Positions 31,546 through 42,252 of a stretch of 64,000 nucleotides of DNA are shown here, in pieces. The notes beneath the pieces were generated by a model. The model ran no database searches and had not been told where the DNA came from. It was given only the letters and a program-made list of their open reading frames with translations. The stretch is taken from assembly GCA_963841025.1 (NCBI GenBank), contig CAWJBG010000001.1, positions 300,765 to 364,764 on the forward strand, given 5' to 3'. The position numbers and the translations under genes are program-made. Origin of the DNA: an uncultured Alphaproteobacteria bacterium. Lineage in GTDB: Bacteria; Pseudomonadota; Alphaproteobacteria; Rhizobiales; Xanthobacteraceae. The first letter of the stretch is position 1. Each line of letters begins with the position of its first letter.

Positions 31546-34283
31546 GTGGCGCTCGAAATTTACCGCAAAAAGCGACAATTCGGCGTCACGCCGGAGCCGC
31601 GCGGCCGAACAGCGCCGCGCGATGGGCATCGCTTCGTTATTCAGAAGCACGCGGCCCGGCGGCTGCACTACGATCTGCGTCTTGAACTCGACGGCGTAAT
31701 GAAGAGTTGGGCGGTGACGCGTGGGCCGAGCCTTAACCCAGACGACAAACGTCTTGCCGTTCACGTCGAGGATCACCCTGTCGAATACAACGACTTCGAA
31801 GGCACCATTCCGGACGGCGAATACGGCGGCGGCACCGTGATGATCTGGGACCGCGGGACCTGGACACCCGAAGGCGATCCGGAGCGCGGCTACGCCAAAG
31901 GCCATCTCACTTTCGATCTGCATGGCGAAAAGTTGCACGGCCGTTGGCATCTGGTGCGGATGCGCGGGCGCGCCAAGGATCGTCACGACAACTGGCTATT
32001 GATCAAAAGCAAAGACGACGAGGCGCGCGGACCGCGCGATCCGGATATTCTGGAAGAAGAACCGCTCTCGGCGGCGACCGGCCGATCGATGGAAGAGATC
32101 GCTGCGGGCAAGGGCGGTAAAAGGCGGGTCTGGCATTCGAACCGCGCTGAGACTGCAAAACCGGAAAACAACGCGACGTTCAAACAGCGGATCAAGAACA
32201 TCGCCGCAACAGCGGCCGCAAAGCCGGTCGCAAGATCGGCTGCAAGAACAGCCGCGAGACCGTCCGCAAGACCGTCGGCAAGACCGCGAGCAAAGAGCAG
32301 AAAAACGTCACGCGCAGCCGCCGGCAAGAGTGGCGAAAAACCAAAAGGCCCGGGCGCGACCAAATCGAAACTGCCGGAGTTTGTCCCGTTCAGCCTCGCT
32401 GCGCTTTATGACCAGGCGCCAAGCGGACCGGAATGGCTGCACGAGATCAAGTTTGACGGCTACCGAATGCAAGCGCGGCTTGATCACGGCAAAGTGCGAT
32501 TGCTGACGCGCAAGCAGCAGGATTGGACCCACCGTTTCGCGCCAGTTGTTGAAGCGGTCGCCAGCGCTGCCCGCGGAAACCGCGATCCTTGATGGCGAAG
32601 TCGTGGTGGAAGACGAGAACGGCATCAGCAGTTTCTCACTGTTGCAGACCGATCTGAAGGAAGGCCGCGATCGCTTTGTTTATTATGTGTTCGATCTTCT
32701 CTATCTCGACGGCCGCGATCTGACGACGGAGCCGCTCTCCGAGCGCAAAGCGGCGCTGGCGAAATTGTTAAAGGGCGGCGGCAAGACCGGAGTGATCCGC
32801 TACACCGATCATTTCGAGGAGGAGGGTGGACCGCTTATTCTCAAGAAAGCTTGCGAGATCGGGCTCGAGGGCATTATCTCCAAGCGGCGAGACGCGCCCT
32901 ATCGCTCTGGCCGGACCGACAATTTCGTCAAGACCAAATGCCGCGGTGGCCAGGAATTCGTCGTCGCCGGGTATACGCCGTCGACCGCATTGCCGAGGGC
33001 GATCGGCGCGCTCATTGTCGCCGTTCACGAAAACGGCGAGCTTGCGCTATGCCGGCCGCGTCGGCACCGGCTACACGCAGAAAACGGCGCGCGATCTGTT
33101 CAAGCGTCTCGACCCGCTGCGAACAGAGCGGCCTCCGATCGCGTTGCCCGCAGACGACCGGCGCAAGGACATCGTGTGGGTGAAGCCACAACTCGTGATC
33201 GAAGCCGAATCTGCCGGCGTCACTCACGGCGGAGTGCTGCGGCAGGCTTCGTTCAAAGGCATCCGAGAGGACAAGGCAGCGGAGGACGTCGTGCGCGAAT
33301 TACCAGTCATGCGCGCCGCGGGCGCGCGAAGCGAGCAAAAATTCGTGAAGTCCGCTGCTGCAAAGGCGAAGCCGGTAGCGGAAACTTCAAACCCAGCGCG
33401 TGTGAGCAAAAGCAAAGATGCCGAAATAGCCGGCGTCCATCTGACGCATCCCGATCGCGTCTACTGGCCCGATGTCGGCGTCACGAAGAAGGACCTGGCC
33501 GCGTATTACGTTGACGTTTGGGACTGGATCAAGCCGCACATTCTCGGCCGCGCGCTGTCGCTGGTACGCGCGCCGGACGGCACTGGCGGCGAGACTTTCT
33601 TTCAGAAGCACATCGCCGCGAACATAAAATCGTCGCCGCTTCGCCGCGAGGTTCCCGGCAAGGATCACGACGTGATCGCGGTCGCGACCGTCAGCGATCT
33701 GGTGGCGCTGGTGCAATCCGCCACGCTCGAAATCCATGTGCGTGGATCGCGGCTCGACAGCCTCGAAACCTGCGACCGCATCGTGTTCGACCTTGATCCC
33801 GGCGAGGGCGTCGCCTGGCCGCAAATTGTCGCAGCGGCGCGCGAGGTGCGCGAGCGGCTCAAGGCGGTGAAGCTTGAAAGCTTCGTCAAGCTCTCTGGCG
33901 GCAAAGGCATCCACGTGATGGTTCCGATCGCCGACGCCGATTGGGATGCCACTAAGCTGTTCGCCCAGCAGATTGCGGCTGCGATGGCTGCCGACAGTCC
34001 GAAGCTTTATCTCGCCAAAATGACGAAATCGCTGCGCCACAACCGCGTTTTCATCGACTATTTCCGCAACTCGCGCGAGGCGACTTCGGTTGCGGCCTAT
34101 TCGACCCGCGCGCGCGCCGGCGCACCGGTGTCGGCGCCGGTCACGTGGGAGAGGCTCTCCCGCACCACCGGCGGCAATGATTTTTCTCTGCTTGATCTGA
34201 AAAAGCGCCTCAAAGAGGACGCCTGGGCAGACATCGGCAAAATCCGCCAGAAACTTCCGGAACTTCAAAGGCGCCGAAGATAA
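31546..34283 (+). pseudogene. ligD: DNA ligase D (phosphoesterase-ligase-polymerase order), two frame breaks (~32566 and ~33044)
   Basis: Three consecutive ORFs in three frames. The first holds the PE domain and start of the ligase (FVIQKHAARRLHYDLRLE, EIKFDGYR). The second holds the ligase core (LDGEVV..EGIISKRRDAPY). The third holds the primase-polymerase (RYAGRVGTGY..FFQKH..SGGKGIHV). Each junction is repaired by removing one G. Confidence 0.75.
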
Positions 34284-34472
34284 TTTAAGGACTGCGAGGT
34301 TCCGTTCTTCATCCACGAACTCCGCATCCGGGTCACCCTTCGGAACAAATAATTCTCACGACCGTTTGCTCTGATGAAGCTGCCGCATGGAGGCGTCTGA
34401 AGCACGCCTTGGCGACCAGCCGGAGCCCGCTGTCGGGCTCTTTCCATCTCACAACGTTCAAGGAGCCAAAGA

Positions 34473-34880
34473 ATGTCGAAATTAGCCTACGCCACGGCGC
34501 TAATCGCCGTCATCAGTGTTCCGGCTTTTGCGGACACGGCGCTTTTGCGGCAAATGCCGACCGACGCCGTCACGGTGACTGATTGGTACAAGCAGAATGT
34601 CTATGACCCGAACAACAACAAGATCGGTGAAGTCATGGATGTGCTGCTCGACAAATCCGGCAAGGTGACGTCGCTGATCGTGGGCGTCGGCGGCTTTCTC
34701 GGCGCCGGCGAAAAGGACGTCGCGGTTCCATTCGACGCCATCAAGGTCACCAGCAAAGACAGCAACAAATGGTACCTGGTCATGAACGCGACCAAGGATG
34801 ACCTCAAGAGCGCGCCCGGCTTCAAATACGATCGGGAAACCACCGGCTGGGTCCCGGACGGCAAAACGGGTAAAATGTAA
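34473..34880 (+). CDS. PRC-barrel domain protein with signal peptide
   Basis: Signal peptide, then the typical PRC motif VYDPNNNKIGEVMDVLLDKSGKVTSLIVGVGGFLGAGEKDVAVPF. Confidence 0.75.
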   Translation: MSKLAYATALIAVISVPAFADTALLRQMPTDAVTVTDWYKQNVYDPNNNKIGEVMDVLLDKSGKVTSLIVGVGGFLGAGEKDVAVPFDAIKVTSKDSNKWYLVMNATKDDLKSAPGFKYDRETTGWVPDGKTGKM

Positions 34881-34916
34881 CCAGACAAACGATTGCCAGG
34901 TCGCGCGCCGTAGGCG

Positions 34917-35201
34917 TCACCTCCGCGAGAGGCGGCGCTTATTGGCGCGCACCCGCTTTTTGAACGCGCCGAGCGCCTTAGTGGCGACGACGTGATCTTC
35001 GTGGCCATTGAGCAAACCGGCGGCAACGGCAGTTTGCACTTCGGCGACGGCGGCGAACTTTTCCATCACCATGCGTTGCGCTTCATTCTGTGCCAGTGCG
35101 CCGCCTGCCGCCAGTCGAACCATCCGCAACGCAATGACACTCTGGGCTTCGACGCCCAATTGCATTGCCTTAAGAGCGACGTCGAACCAGGGATTGAACA
35201 A
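34917..35201 (-). CDS. small conserved hypothetical protein
   Basis: 94-aa ORF with a plausible helical composition. No family recognised. Confidence 0.4.
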   Translation of the reverse strand: MFNPWFDVALKAMQLGVEAQSVIALRMVRLAAGGALAQNEAQRMVMEKFAAVAEVQTAVAAGLLNGHEDHVVATKALGAFKKRVRANKRRLSRR

Positions 35202-35310
35202 ACGCGTACCGGTTGTAGGTGGAGAGCTGCGCGGGCGACGCGCGTTCGGCGCATCTTAGCGCGTCCGATGCAGAATGGGTAGAGCGGAACCCGAAATCAC
35301 CGCCCGCTGA

Positions 35311-36231
35311 CTAGCGGCGCAGATAGGGTTCGCCAAGGGCTCGCGGCGCGGTTTGCCGGCCAGCCAACCCGCCAACGGCCAGTAATGCCAACAGGTAAGG
35401 CAGCATGATCAGGAATGCGTTCGGTATGTTGACGCCCAGCGTCGGCAATTGAAACTGTAAAGCGGTCGCTGCGCCAAAGAGCAGACACGCGAGGACCGTG
35501 CCGGCGACTGTCCATTTGCCAAAAATTACCGCGGCGATGGCAAGATAACCGGCGCCGCGGGTCATGCCTTCGGTGAAGGTATGGATGTCGCCGATCGAAA
35601 GGAATGCGCCCGCCAGTGCGGACATAAAGCCGGCAAAGATCACGCCCATGTAGCGGATCCAGGTGACCGACACTCCGGATTTGTCGACCGCGCGCGGCTC
35701 CGCACCGGCGGCGTGAATGGCAATGCCGAGTGCCGTGTAGCGCAGCACGAGCGCGGTCAGAACGATGATGGCGATACCGGCATAGAGGAGCCAAACCTGC
35801 TGGAACACGGCCTCGCCGAAAATCGGAATATCTCCGAGCAGCGGCGGGCTCCATTTCGACAGTCCCGGGATTTGTTCACGCGAGCGCGCGCCGAAGATTT
35901 CCCGATAGGCAAGCGTGGTCGCGCCGAGCACCAGAATGTTGATGCCTATGCCGGTGACGATCTGATTGGCGCGCAGCGTGTTGCTCAGCAATGCCTGCAG
36001 AAGTGCGACCGGAAACACCGCGACGATGCCGATTAAAAGACCAAGCACCGGACTGCCGGTGGCCCATGCGCCGACAGCCGCGCCGAAGGCCCCGGTGAGC
36101 ATCATGCCTTCGATGCTCATGTTGAGCACGCCGGCGCGTTCGCTGACCAGTTCGCCGGTGCCCGCGAGCAACAACGGCACCGCAAGCCGAAGCGACGAGC
36201 CGATGAAGACTGCGAACAACTCCCAGGTCAT
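35311..36231 (-). CDS. ABC transporter permease (BMP/nucleoside-sugar type)
   Basis: Polytopic 306-aa ORF with the typical ERAGVLNMSIEGMM motif. Confidence 0.85.
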   Translation of the reverse strand: MTWELFAVFIGSSLRLAVPLLLAGTGELVSERAGVLNMSIEGMMLTGAFGAAVGAWATGSPVLGLLIGIVAVFPVALLQALLSNTLRANQIVTGIGINILVLGATTLAYREIFGARSREQIPGLSKWSPPLLGDIPIFGEAVFQQVWLLYAGIAIIVLTALVLRYTALGIAIHAAGAEPRAVDKSGVSVTWIRYMGVIFAGFMSALAGAFLSIGDIHTFTEGMTRGAGYLAIAAVIFGKWTVAGTVLACLLFGAATALQFQLPTLGVNIPNAFLIMLPYLLALLAVGGLAGRQTAPRALGEPYLRR

Positions 36232-37305
36232 GCGCGCCGCCCGCCGATGAAAAAGGCGGCGCCGGCAAGCGTCACGACGATCAGTCCCTGGATCACCATC
36301 ACGAGCGCAGTCGGCACGCCGGCGACCATTTCCATGTTGATGCCGCCGGAACGAAGGAAGCCGAACAGCAGCGCCGCTGCGATCACGCCGACGACCGAGC
36401 CACGGGCCAGCAAACCGGCGACAAGCCCGTCGAAGCCGTAGCCCGAGGAGAAACCGTCCTTGAGCACGTACTGATCACCAAGCAGCATGAAGCCGCCGGC
36501 AAGGCCGCCGAGCGCGCCTGCGATCGCCAGCGCCAGCATGACCATGCGCGGATAGGAGATGCCGGCGCGGCTGGCGGCGACCGGATTGAATCCGACCGCA
36601 CGGAGCTGCACGCCGAACAGAGTCTTCGACAGCACCACAGCGGCGATGATCGCGATGACGATTGTTGCCGGCAGTCCGACGTGGACCGGAAAGGAATAAT
36701 CGCCGGTCAACAGCGGCAGCTTGGTCGAGTTCGGGAATTTCGAGGGATTCCGGGAGCGTCGCCGAACTGGTCATCGGCTTGCGCAATAACGCCGGCGACT
36801 GCACGCACCAGTAAAGCAGCCAGACCGCGATAAAAGACAATAACAGCGTGCTGATGACCTCGTTGGTTCCGACCTTGATCTTCAGTACGCCGGCAATCGA
36901 TCCCCAGAGCATGCCGGCAATCGCCGCGGCGAGAAGCGGAATCAGAAACGGCAGCCCGGCCGGCAAATCGGCCACGCCGCCATAAAGCGCGACCGCGGTG
37001 GCGGCAATTCCGCCCATGGCGATCTGACCCTCGCCGCCGACGTTCACCAAATTGGCGCGGTTGGCGATGACGAAGCCGATACCGACAAGGGCAAAGGCAA
37101 TGCTGCGGTTGATCGAGGCCGCGATTGCATACGGCGAACCGACGGTGCCGTCGACAAAGGCGGAAAGCGCGTCAGGCACAGAAACCCCGATCGCGAAGAT
37201 CAGAACGAGGCCGAGCAAGCCTGCAACCAGAACCGCGGAGATGGAAATCACGACCGATGGCCGCAGCCATTGCCGAACGTTTCTCATGGCGTTGACGGCT
37301 CGCAT
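36228..37305 (-). pseudogene. ABC transporter permease (BMP type), frame broken near 36726-36738
   Basis: ORF 36475..37305 is membrane-protein-like until ..LPESLEIP. ORF 36228..36710, with its open frame upstream, continues NSTKLPLLTGDYSFPVHVG... One extra base explains the break. Confidence 0.7.
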
Positions 37306-37308
37306 CGG

Positions 37309-38919
37309 TCATTGCGTTTGCCCCGCCATCATGGCGCCGATGCGCTCGCGCTCGCTCGGATCGGCCGCACAATTGCCCATGATCCGGCCCCGATAGAGGA
37401 CGACGATGCGATCGGCGACCGCGATCAGTTCGTCGAGTTCCGAGGAAATCAGCAGCACTGCCGCGCCACGCTCGCAGGCTGAGCGAATGTGGCCATAGAC
37501 GGCCGCGACTGCGCCGACGTCGAGCCCACGCGTCGGCTGTGCGGCGATCAGGAATGTGAGGTCGGGAAGCGTGATCTCGCGCGCCAGCACCGCCTTCTGC
37601 TGGTTGCCGCCGGAGAGCGCGGAGAACGCAATGTCAGGCCCGGCCGCTCGCACGTCAAAACGCTTCATCAGGTCGCGGGCCGCCTGCACCAACTCCCTGC
37701 GCCGCAGAAAGCCGAATGATGTGAAGCCGTCGAGGCGGTTGAGAAAAATGTTTTCGGCGACACTCATCTCAACAACACAGCCAACGGCGTGCCGGTCTTC
37801 CGGCACCACGCCGATGCCGTTCGCCGTGATCTCCTTGGGACTCAGGCTTGTAGTCTCGGTGTCTCCAAGAAAAACGCGTCCCGAGGTCGGCGCCAGCATG
37901 CCGGAAAGGGATGCGGCGAGTTCACTTTGTCCATTACCTTCGACGCCGGCGACGCCGACGATTTCGCCCGGTCCGATTGCCAGGGTGAAGTGGTCGAGCC
38001 GGGTCACGCCCTGACTGTCGATCACAGTCAGTCCATCGATCTGCACTGCTTCTCGAGCCGGCGTTTCGCTCGGCGCAGCTTCGGCTCGGCCGTCTTCGGG
38101 CTCGGCGACACCGAGTATCGAGGCGGCCGATTTGTCGAGCGATTTGACGTCGCCCTGGATCATGGCGCGCACCAGCGCATCGATCTCGTCAGCGGGATGC
38201 TCGGATCGGGCGACCACCCGGCCGCCGCGCAGCACGGTGACGCGATCGGCCGCCTTCTTGATCTCGGCAAGCTTGTGCGTGACCAAGACCACCGCGGCGC
38301 CGCCTGAGGCGACACGCCGGCAGATGTCGAGCAGCGCGGCGATCTCGTCCGGCAGCAAAACCGCCGTCGGCTCGTCGAGCACAAACAGGCGTGGCTGGCG
38401 GATCAGGCATTTGACGATTTCCACGCGCTGCCGCTCACCGACCGAAAGATCATCGATCTTGGCGTAAGGGTCGAGCGCGAAACCGTAGTCATGCGCCAGG
38501 CGTTCGAGCCGCTGCGCCCAGGCTTTCGTATTCACGAAGCCGCGTTGCTGACCAAGGATGACATTGTCGACCACGGTCATGTCGTGCACCAGACTGAAAT
38601 GCTGGTGCACCATGGCGATACCGCTTGCGAGCGCATCCGACGGACCGGTGGGATGATAACTTTCGCCGCGAAAGCGCATCGTGCCTTGGTCCGGCACGTG
38701 CACGCCGAAAATCAGATTGCACAACGTCGATTTGCCGGCGCCATTCTCGCCGAGAATGCAGTGCACCTCGCCCGGCATGATGTCGAGCGAGGCGTCCGAA
38801 ACCGCCAGCAATGAACCGAACCGCTTGCTGATGCCTTGCAGCGCCAAAAGCGGTTCGGCCAGGAGCGGTTCGGCCAAAGTTTGTGCGGGATCTCTCATCG
38901 CGAGCGATCCAGTGAGCAT
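37309..38919 (-). CDS. ABC transporter ATP-binding protein (duplicated ATPase)
   Basis: Two Walker A/signature sets (GENGAGKST; LSVGERQR; LSGGNQQK). 536 aa. Confidence 0.9.
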   Translation of the reverse strand: MLTGSLAMRDPAQTLAEPLLAEPLLALQGISKRFGSLLAVSDASLDIMPGEVHCILGENGAGKSTLCNLIFGVHVPDQGTMRFRGESYHPTGPSDALASGIAMVHQHFSLVHDMTVVDNVILGQQRGFVNTKAWAQRLERLAHDYGFALDPYAKIDDLSVGERQRVEIVKCLIRQPRLFVLDEPTAVLLPDEIAALLDICRRVASGGAAVVLVTHKLAEIKKAADRVTVLRGGRVVARSEHPADEIDALVRAMIQGDVKSLDKSAASILGVAEPEDGRAEAAPSETPAREAVQIDGLTVIDSQGVTRLDHFTLAIGPGEIVGVAGVEGNGQSELAASLSGMLAPTSGRVFLGDTETTSLSPKEITANGIGVVPEDRHAVGCVVEMSVAENIFLNRLDGFTSFGFLRRRELVQAARDLMKRFDVRAAGPDIAFSALSGGNQQKAVLAREITLPDLTFLIAAQPTRGLDVGAVAAVYGHIRSACERGAAVLLISSELDELIAVADRIVVLYRGRIMGNCAADPSERERIGAMMAGQTQ

Positions 38920-38933
38920 TGCGCGGTCGGGCG

Positions 38934-39920
38934 TTAGCCCTTGAGCACTTTGATTTTGCCGGCGAGGATGTCCTTCTTGATGGCGTCAAGTTTGGCTTTC
39001 TGCTCCGGGGTGCCGCCGCAGATGATCATGTCCGAAGCTTGCGGACCCATTTTCAGGCCAAACTCTTTGTAGCCAGGCTTCCAATCGCCGCTTACTGCCT
39101 GATCGATCGCGTATTGCACCTGATATCCGACCCCGGTGATCGAGTATGCGACGTAGAGCGGGTCACTGCCGCACCGATCGGTATAGCTGCCGATGATGTG
39201 CGTACCCTTGTCCTTCGCTGCCTGCTCCATCCCGCGCAGACCCAGATTGAGAATATGGTAGTGGATATCGGCACCTTGCGCGATTGCAGCCAGCGTCGCC
39301 TCTTTGGATTTGGCAACGTCGTCGAAGTCGCCGGTGTAATTCTCGAAGTATTTGATATTGGCGTTTACGTATTTTGCGCCGTTACCGAATTCCTTGCCGG
39401 CATTGACGATCGAGGGAATTTCAAGGCCGCCGACGTAGCTGACGGCGCCGTTCTTTGAAAGCATCGCGGCGGCAGCGCCCGCGGCAAAGGCGATCTCGGC
39501 CTGCTTTACGTCGTAACCGGCGACGTTTGGCAACGCTTCAGCTTCATTGCCGCCGACGATCGAGAACTTCACTTTCGGGAAGCGCTTGGCAATCTTGTAG
39601 ACGGCAGCTTGCGTCTGGCCGCCGACGCCGATCACCAGATCATTGCTGGTGGCGAGATTGGTCAGCGCCTGGTCCATATCGGCGTAGTTGATGTTTTCGA
39701 TCATCTGGACCTTGATCTTGTCGCCATATTTTTTCTCCGAGGCGACAAGGCCGTCGTAGCCGGACTCCATCCAGCCTTTGTCTGATTTGGATCCGGGGAT
39801 CAGGATGCCAACTTTCAACGGTCCGGCGGCCCGCACAGCGTGCGGATCGGCAAGACCAAAGCCGAGAGCAATCGCAATTGCTGCGCCGGCCAATACGAGG
39901 CGTCGGGAGAACATGGACAT
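38934..39920 (-). CDS. BMP family ABC transporter substrate-binding protein
   Basis: Signal peptide and Bmp/PnrA-like body (DKGWMESGYDGL, VGGQ). First gene of the minus-strand transporter operon. Confidence 0.9.
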   Translation of the reverse strand: MSMFSRRLVLAGAAIAIALGFGLADPHAVRAAGPLKVGILIPGSKSDKGWMESGYDGLVASEKKYGDKIKVQMIENINYADMDQALTNLATSNDLVIGVGGQTQAAVYKIAKRFPKVKFSIVGGNEAEALPNVAGYDVKQAEIAFAAGAAAAMLSKNGAVSYVGGLEIPSIVNAGKEFGNGAKYVNANIKYFENYTGDFDDVAKSKEATLAAIAQGADIHYHILNLGLRGMEQAAKDKGTHIIGSYTDRCGSDPLYVAYSITGVGYQVQYAIDQAVSGDWKPGYKEFGLKMGPQASDMIICGGTPEQKAKLDAIKKDILAGKIKVLKG

Positions 39921-40162
39921 GGTCCTTCGCTAGGTGTGAACGAAACGTGCAGCCTCGTGCAACTAGCAAAGCCTATGCCACGAACTTAAGTCTTTGAAAA
40001 AACTGACAGTTATTCACACCAACGGCGCTGCTAATAAGTATATGCTTACTAGTTACGCAAAAATTGCCATTATTGAAGGCACTTAGCGGTGTCCTGGAAG
40101 ACCGATCGTGCCGTCAATCGGGAAATTTCGGCATTTTCAAAGGTCCATTCGTTGGCAGCAAA

Positions 40163-40186
40163 ATTGCAATGGAGATTGCAATGGAG
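40163..40186. repeat. perfect tandem 12-mer ATTGCAATGGAG x2 in divergent promoter region (candidate operator)
   Basis: Read directly. Each unit contains the palindrome TTGCAA. The repeat lies about 50 nt upstream of the hydrolase start and inside the 315-nt divergent intergenic region. Confidence 0.5.
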
Positions 40187-40235
40187 TTTGCGCCGGATAG
40201 CATCGGCCGCGCGTTTGGATAAAGGAGCAGGGGCG

Positions 40236-41045
40236 ATGACAGCCGCGGGAAAGCGCAAGGAATCTTCATCTGGAGGCCCCCTCGGATTCGGCTCGCAATA
40301 TGTTTGGCAAGCGTCCGAGGAAGCGATCGACATGGCGATGCCGGCGCCTGCACCCGTGCCGGTGTCGATTGTCTGTCAGCCGCAGAACGTGACCATCGAT
40401 TTGCGTCGCACGGCGATCATCGTGATCGACATGCAGAACGACTTTTGCACCAAGGGCGGCTGGGTCGATCATCTCGGCGCCGACTACAGACCCGATCGCG
40501 CACCGATCGCCCCGTTACAGCGGCTGCTGCCGCCGCTGCGCAAAGCCGGCGTGCCGGTGATCTGGGTCAACTGGGGCAACCGACCTGATCTCGCCAACAT
40601 GCCGCCGAACCAGATTCATCTGTACAAGCCGCATGGCGTTGGTATCGGACTGGGCGATCCGTTGCCGGGCAGCGGCGCGCATGTACTTGAAAAAGATTCC
40701 TGGGCCGCCGCAGTCGTCGACGAACTCAAGCAGGAGCCGCACGATATCAAGGTCGACAAGTACCGGATCAGCGGCTTCTGGGATACGCCGCTTGACAGCA
40801 TCCTGCGCAATCTCGGCACCAAGTCGATCCTGTTCGCCGGCGTCAACACCGATCAGTGCGTGTTGCATTCGCTCACGGACGCTAATTTCCTCGGCTACGG
40901 CTGCATCATGGTCGACGATTGCTGTGCCACCACGTCGCCGGATTTCTGCACCGAGGCGACGATCTGGAACGTCAAGAAATGCTTCGGCTTTGTGACCGGC
41001 TCCGAGGCCATTATCAAATCGCTTTCGGCCGCCGTGGCCCGCTGA
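40236..41045 (+). CDS. cysteine hydrolase (isochorismatase family; RutB/BiuH-like amidohydrolase)
   Basis: IVIDMQNDFC, KYRISGFWDTPLDSILR and the catalytic C in GVNTDQCV. AGGAG RBS before the ATG at 40236, with an alternative ATG at 40332. Confidence 0.8.
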   Translation: MTAAGKRKESSSGGPLGFGSQYVWQASEEAIDMAMPAPAPVPVSIVCQPQNVTIDLRRTAIIVIDMQNDFCTKGGWVDHLGADYRPDRAPIAPLQRLLPPLRKAGVPVIWVNWGNRPDLANMPPNQIHLYKPHGVGIGLGDPLPGSGAHVLEKDSWAAAVVDELKQEPHDIKVDKYRISGFWDTPLDSILRNLGTKSILFAGVNTDQCVLHSLTDANFLGYGCIMVDDCCATTSPDFCTEATIWNVKKCFGFVTGSEAIIKSLSAAVAR

Positions 41046-41046
41046 C

Positions 41047-42252
41047 GTGGGGGCGGTTTCGGCATCGCAAGCACTGCCGGCTGATTTCGGCGCGTTCGTT
41101 CCAGACGGAATGTGCCGCCGCGAGGCAACCGGATCGGGCGCGCTCGACCGTCTTACTTTTGCAGTCAAGGATCTGATCGATGTGGAGGGCTGCCGCACCG
41201 GCGGCGGCAATCCGAATTGGCTTGCGCAACAGAAACCCGCGCCACGCTCCGCGCCGGTCGTTGAAAAAGCGCTTGCGGCCGGCGCGACGCTGATTGGAAA
41301 AACTGTAACGGACGAACTCGCCTTCAGCCTTGAGGGCAGAAACGTTCACTACAGTCGCCTCATCAATCCGGTCTGTCCGGGCCGGCTTCCCGGCGGCTCT
41401 TCAAGCGGATCGGCGGTTGCGGTTGCGGCTCGTCTGGTCGATTTCGCACTCGGCACGGATACGGGTGGATCGGTGCGTGTGCCGGCAAATTTTCTTGGCT
41501 TGTTTGGTTTTCGGCCGAGCCATGGCGCAGTTTCGCTCGATGGGGTTGTGCCGTTTGCACCGTCTTACGACACGGTCGGATGGTTTGCGCGCGATGCAAA
41601 TACGTTAGCGTGCGTTGGTGATGCGCTCCTTTCCCCGCAAAACCTCGCGCCGATCATAAATCTCAAAATAGCCGACGACGCCTTTGGTCTCCTCGATCCG
41701 CCCCTTGCTGCTGAGCTCAAGGCGAAGGCCAAGAGCTTTGGCGTGACCGACAGCGTCAGCATGTTTTCTGGCAAGGAAGCAGAATATTTTGAATGCTACC
41801 GCGTTCTGCAAGGTGCGGAAATCTGGCAAAGCCTTGGCAATTGGATCACCAACAACAAACCTCGCTTTGCCGACGACATTGCCCAGCGTTTTGTCGGCGC
41901 GGCCGCGATAACGCCTGCCGACGTCGCGCGCTACGCTCCAATCCGCGCCGCCATCCAAAATAATTTTGAAAAGCTCGTGCCGCGCGACACAGCCATTGTC
42001 ATGCCGATTACGCCATGCCCTGCGTTGTTTGATAGCGCATCTGGCGATGTCATCGGCGAGTTCTATCGCCGCGCGCTGACGCTAACTTCCGTCGCCGGTC
42101 ATTGCGGCGCGCCACAAGTCGCGTTGCCGCTGGGTCAATGGCAAGGGTGCCCTATTGGGTTGTCCATCCTCGGCGCGCGTGGCAGCGATCGCACATTGCT
42201 TGACCTGGCAACAAAGATCGCCGCTCGCGCGACCGAAATGGCGTCAGCATGA
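41047..42252 (+). CDS. amidase (amidase-signature family)
   Basis: GGSSSGSAVAVA..GTDTGGSVRVPA signature. GTG start 1 nt after the upstream stop. Confidence 0.85.
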   Translation: MGAVSASQALPADFGAFVPDGMCRREATGSGALDRLTFAVKDLIDVEGCRTGGGNPNWLAQQKPAPRSAPVVEKALAAGATLIGKTVTDELAFSLEGRNVHYSRLINPVCPGRLPGGSSSGSAVAVAARLVDFALGTDTGGSVRVPANFLGLFGFRPSHGAVSLDGVVPFAPSYDTVGWFARDANTLACVGDALLSPQNLAPIINLKIADDAFGLLDPPLAAELKAKAKSFGVTDSVSMFSGKEAEYFECYRVLQGAEIWQSLGNWITNNKPRFADDIAQRFVGAAAITPADVARYAPIRAAIQNNFEKLVPRDTAIVMPITPCPALFDSASGDVIGEFYRRALTLTSVAGHCGAPQVALPLGQWQGCPIGLSILGARGSDRTLLDLATKIAARATEMASA

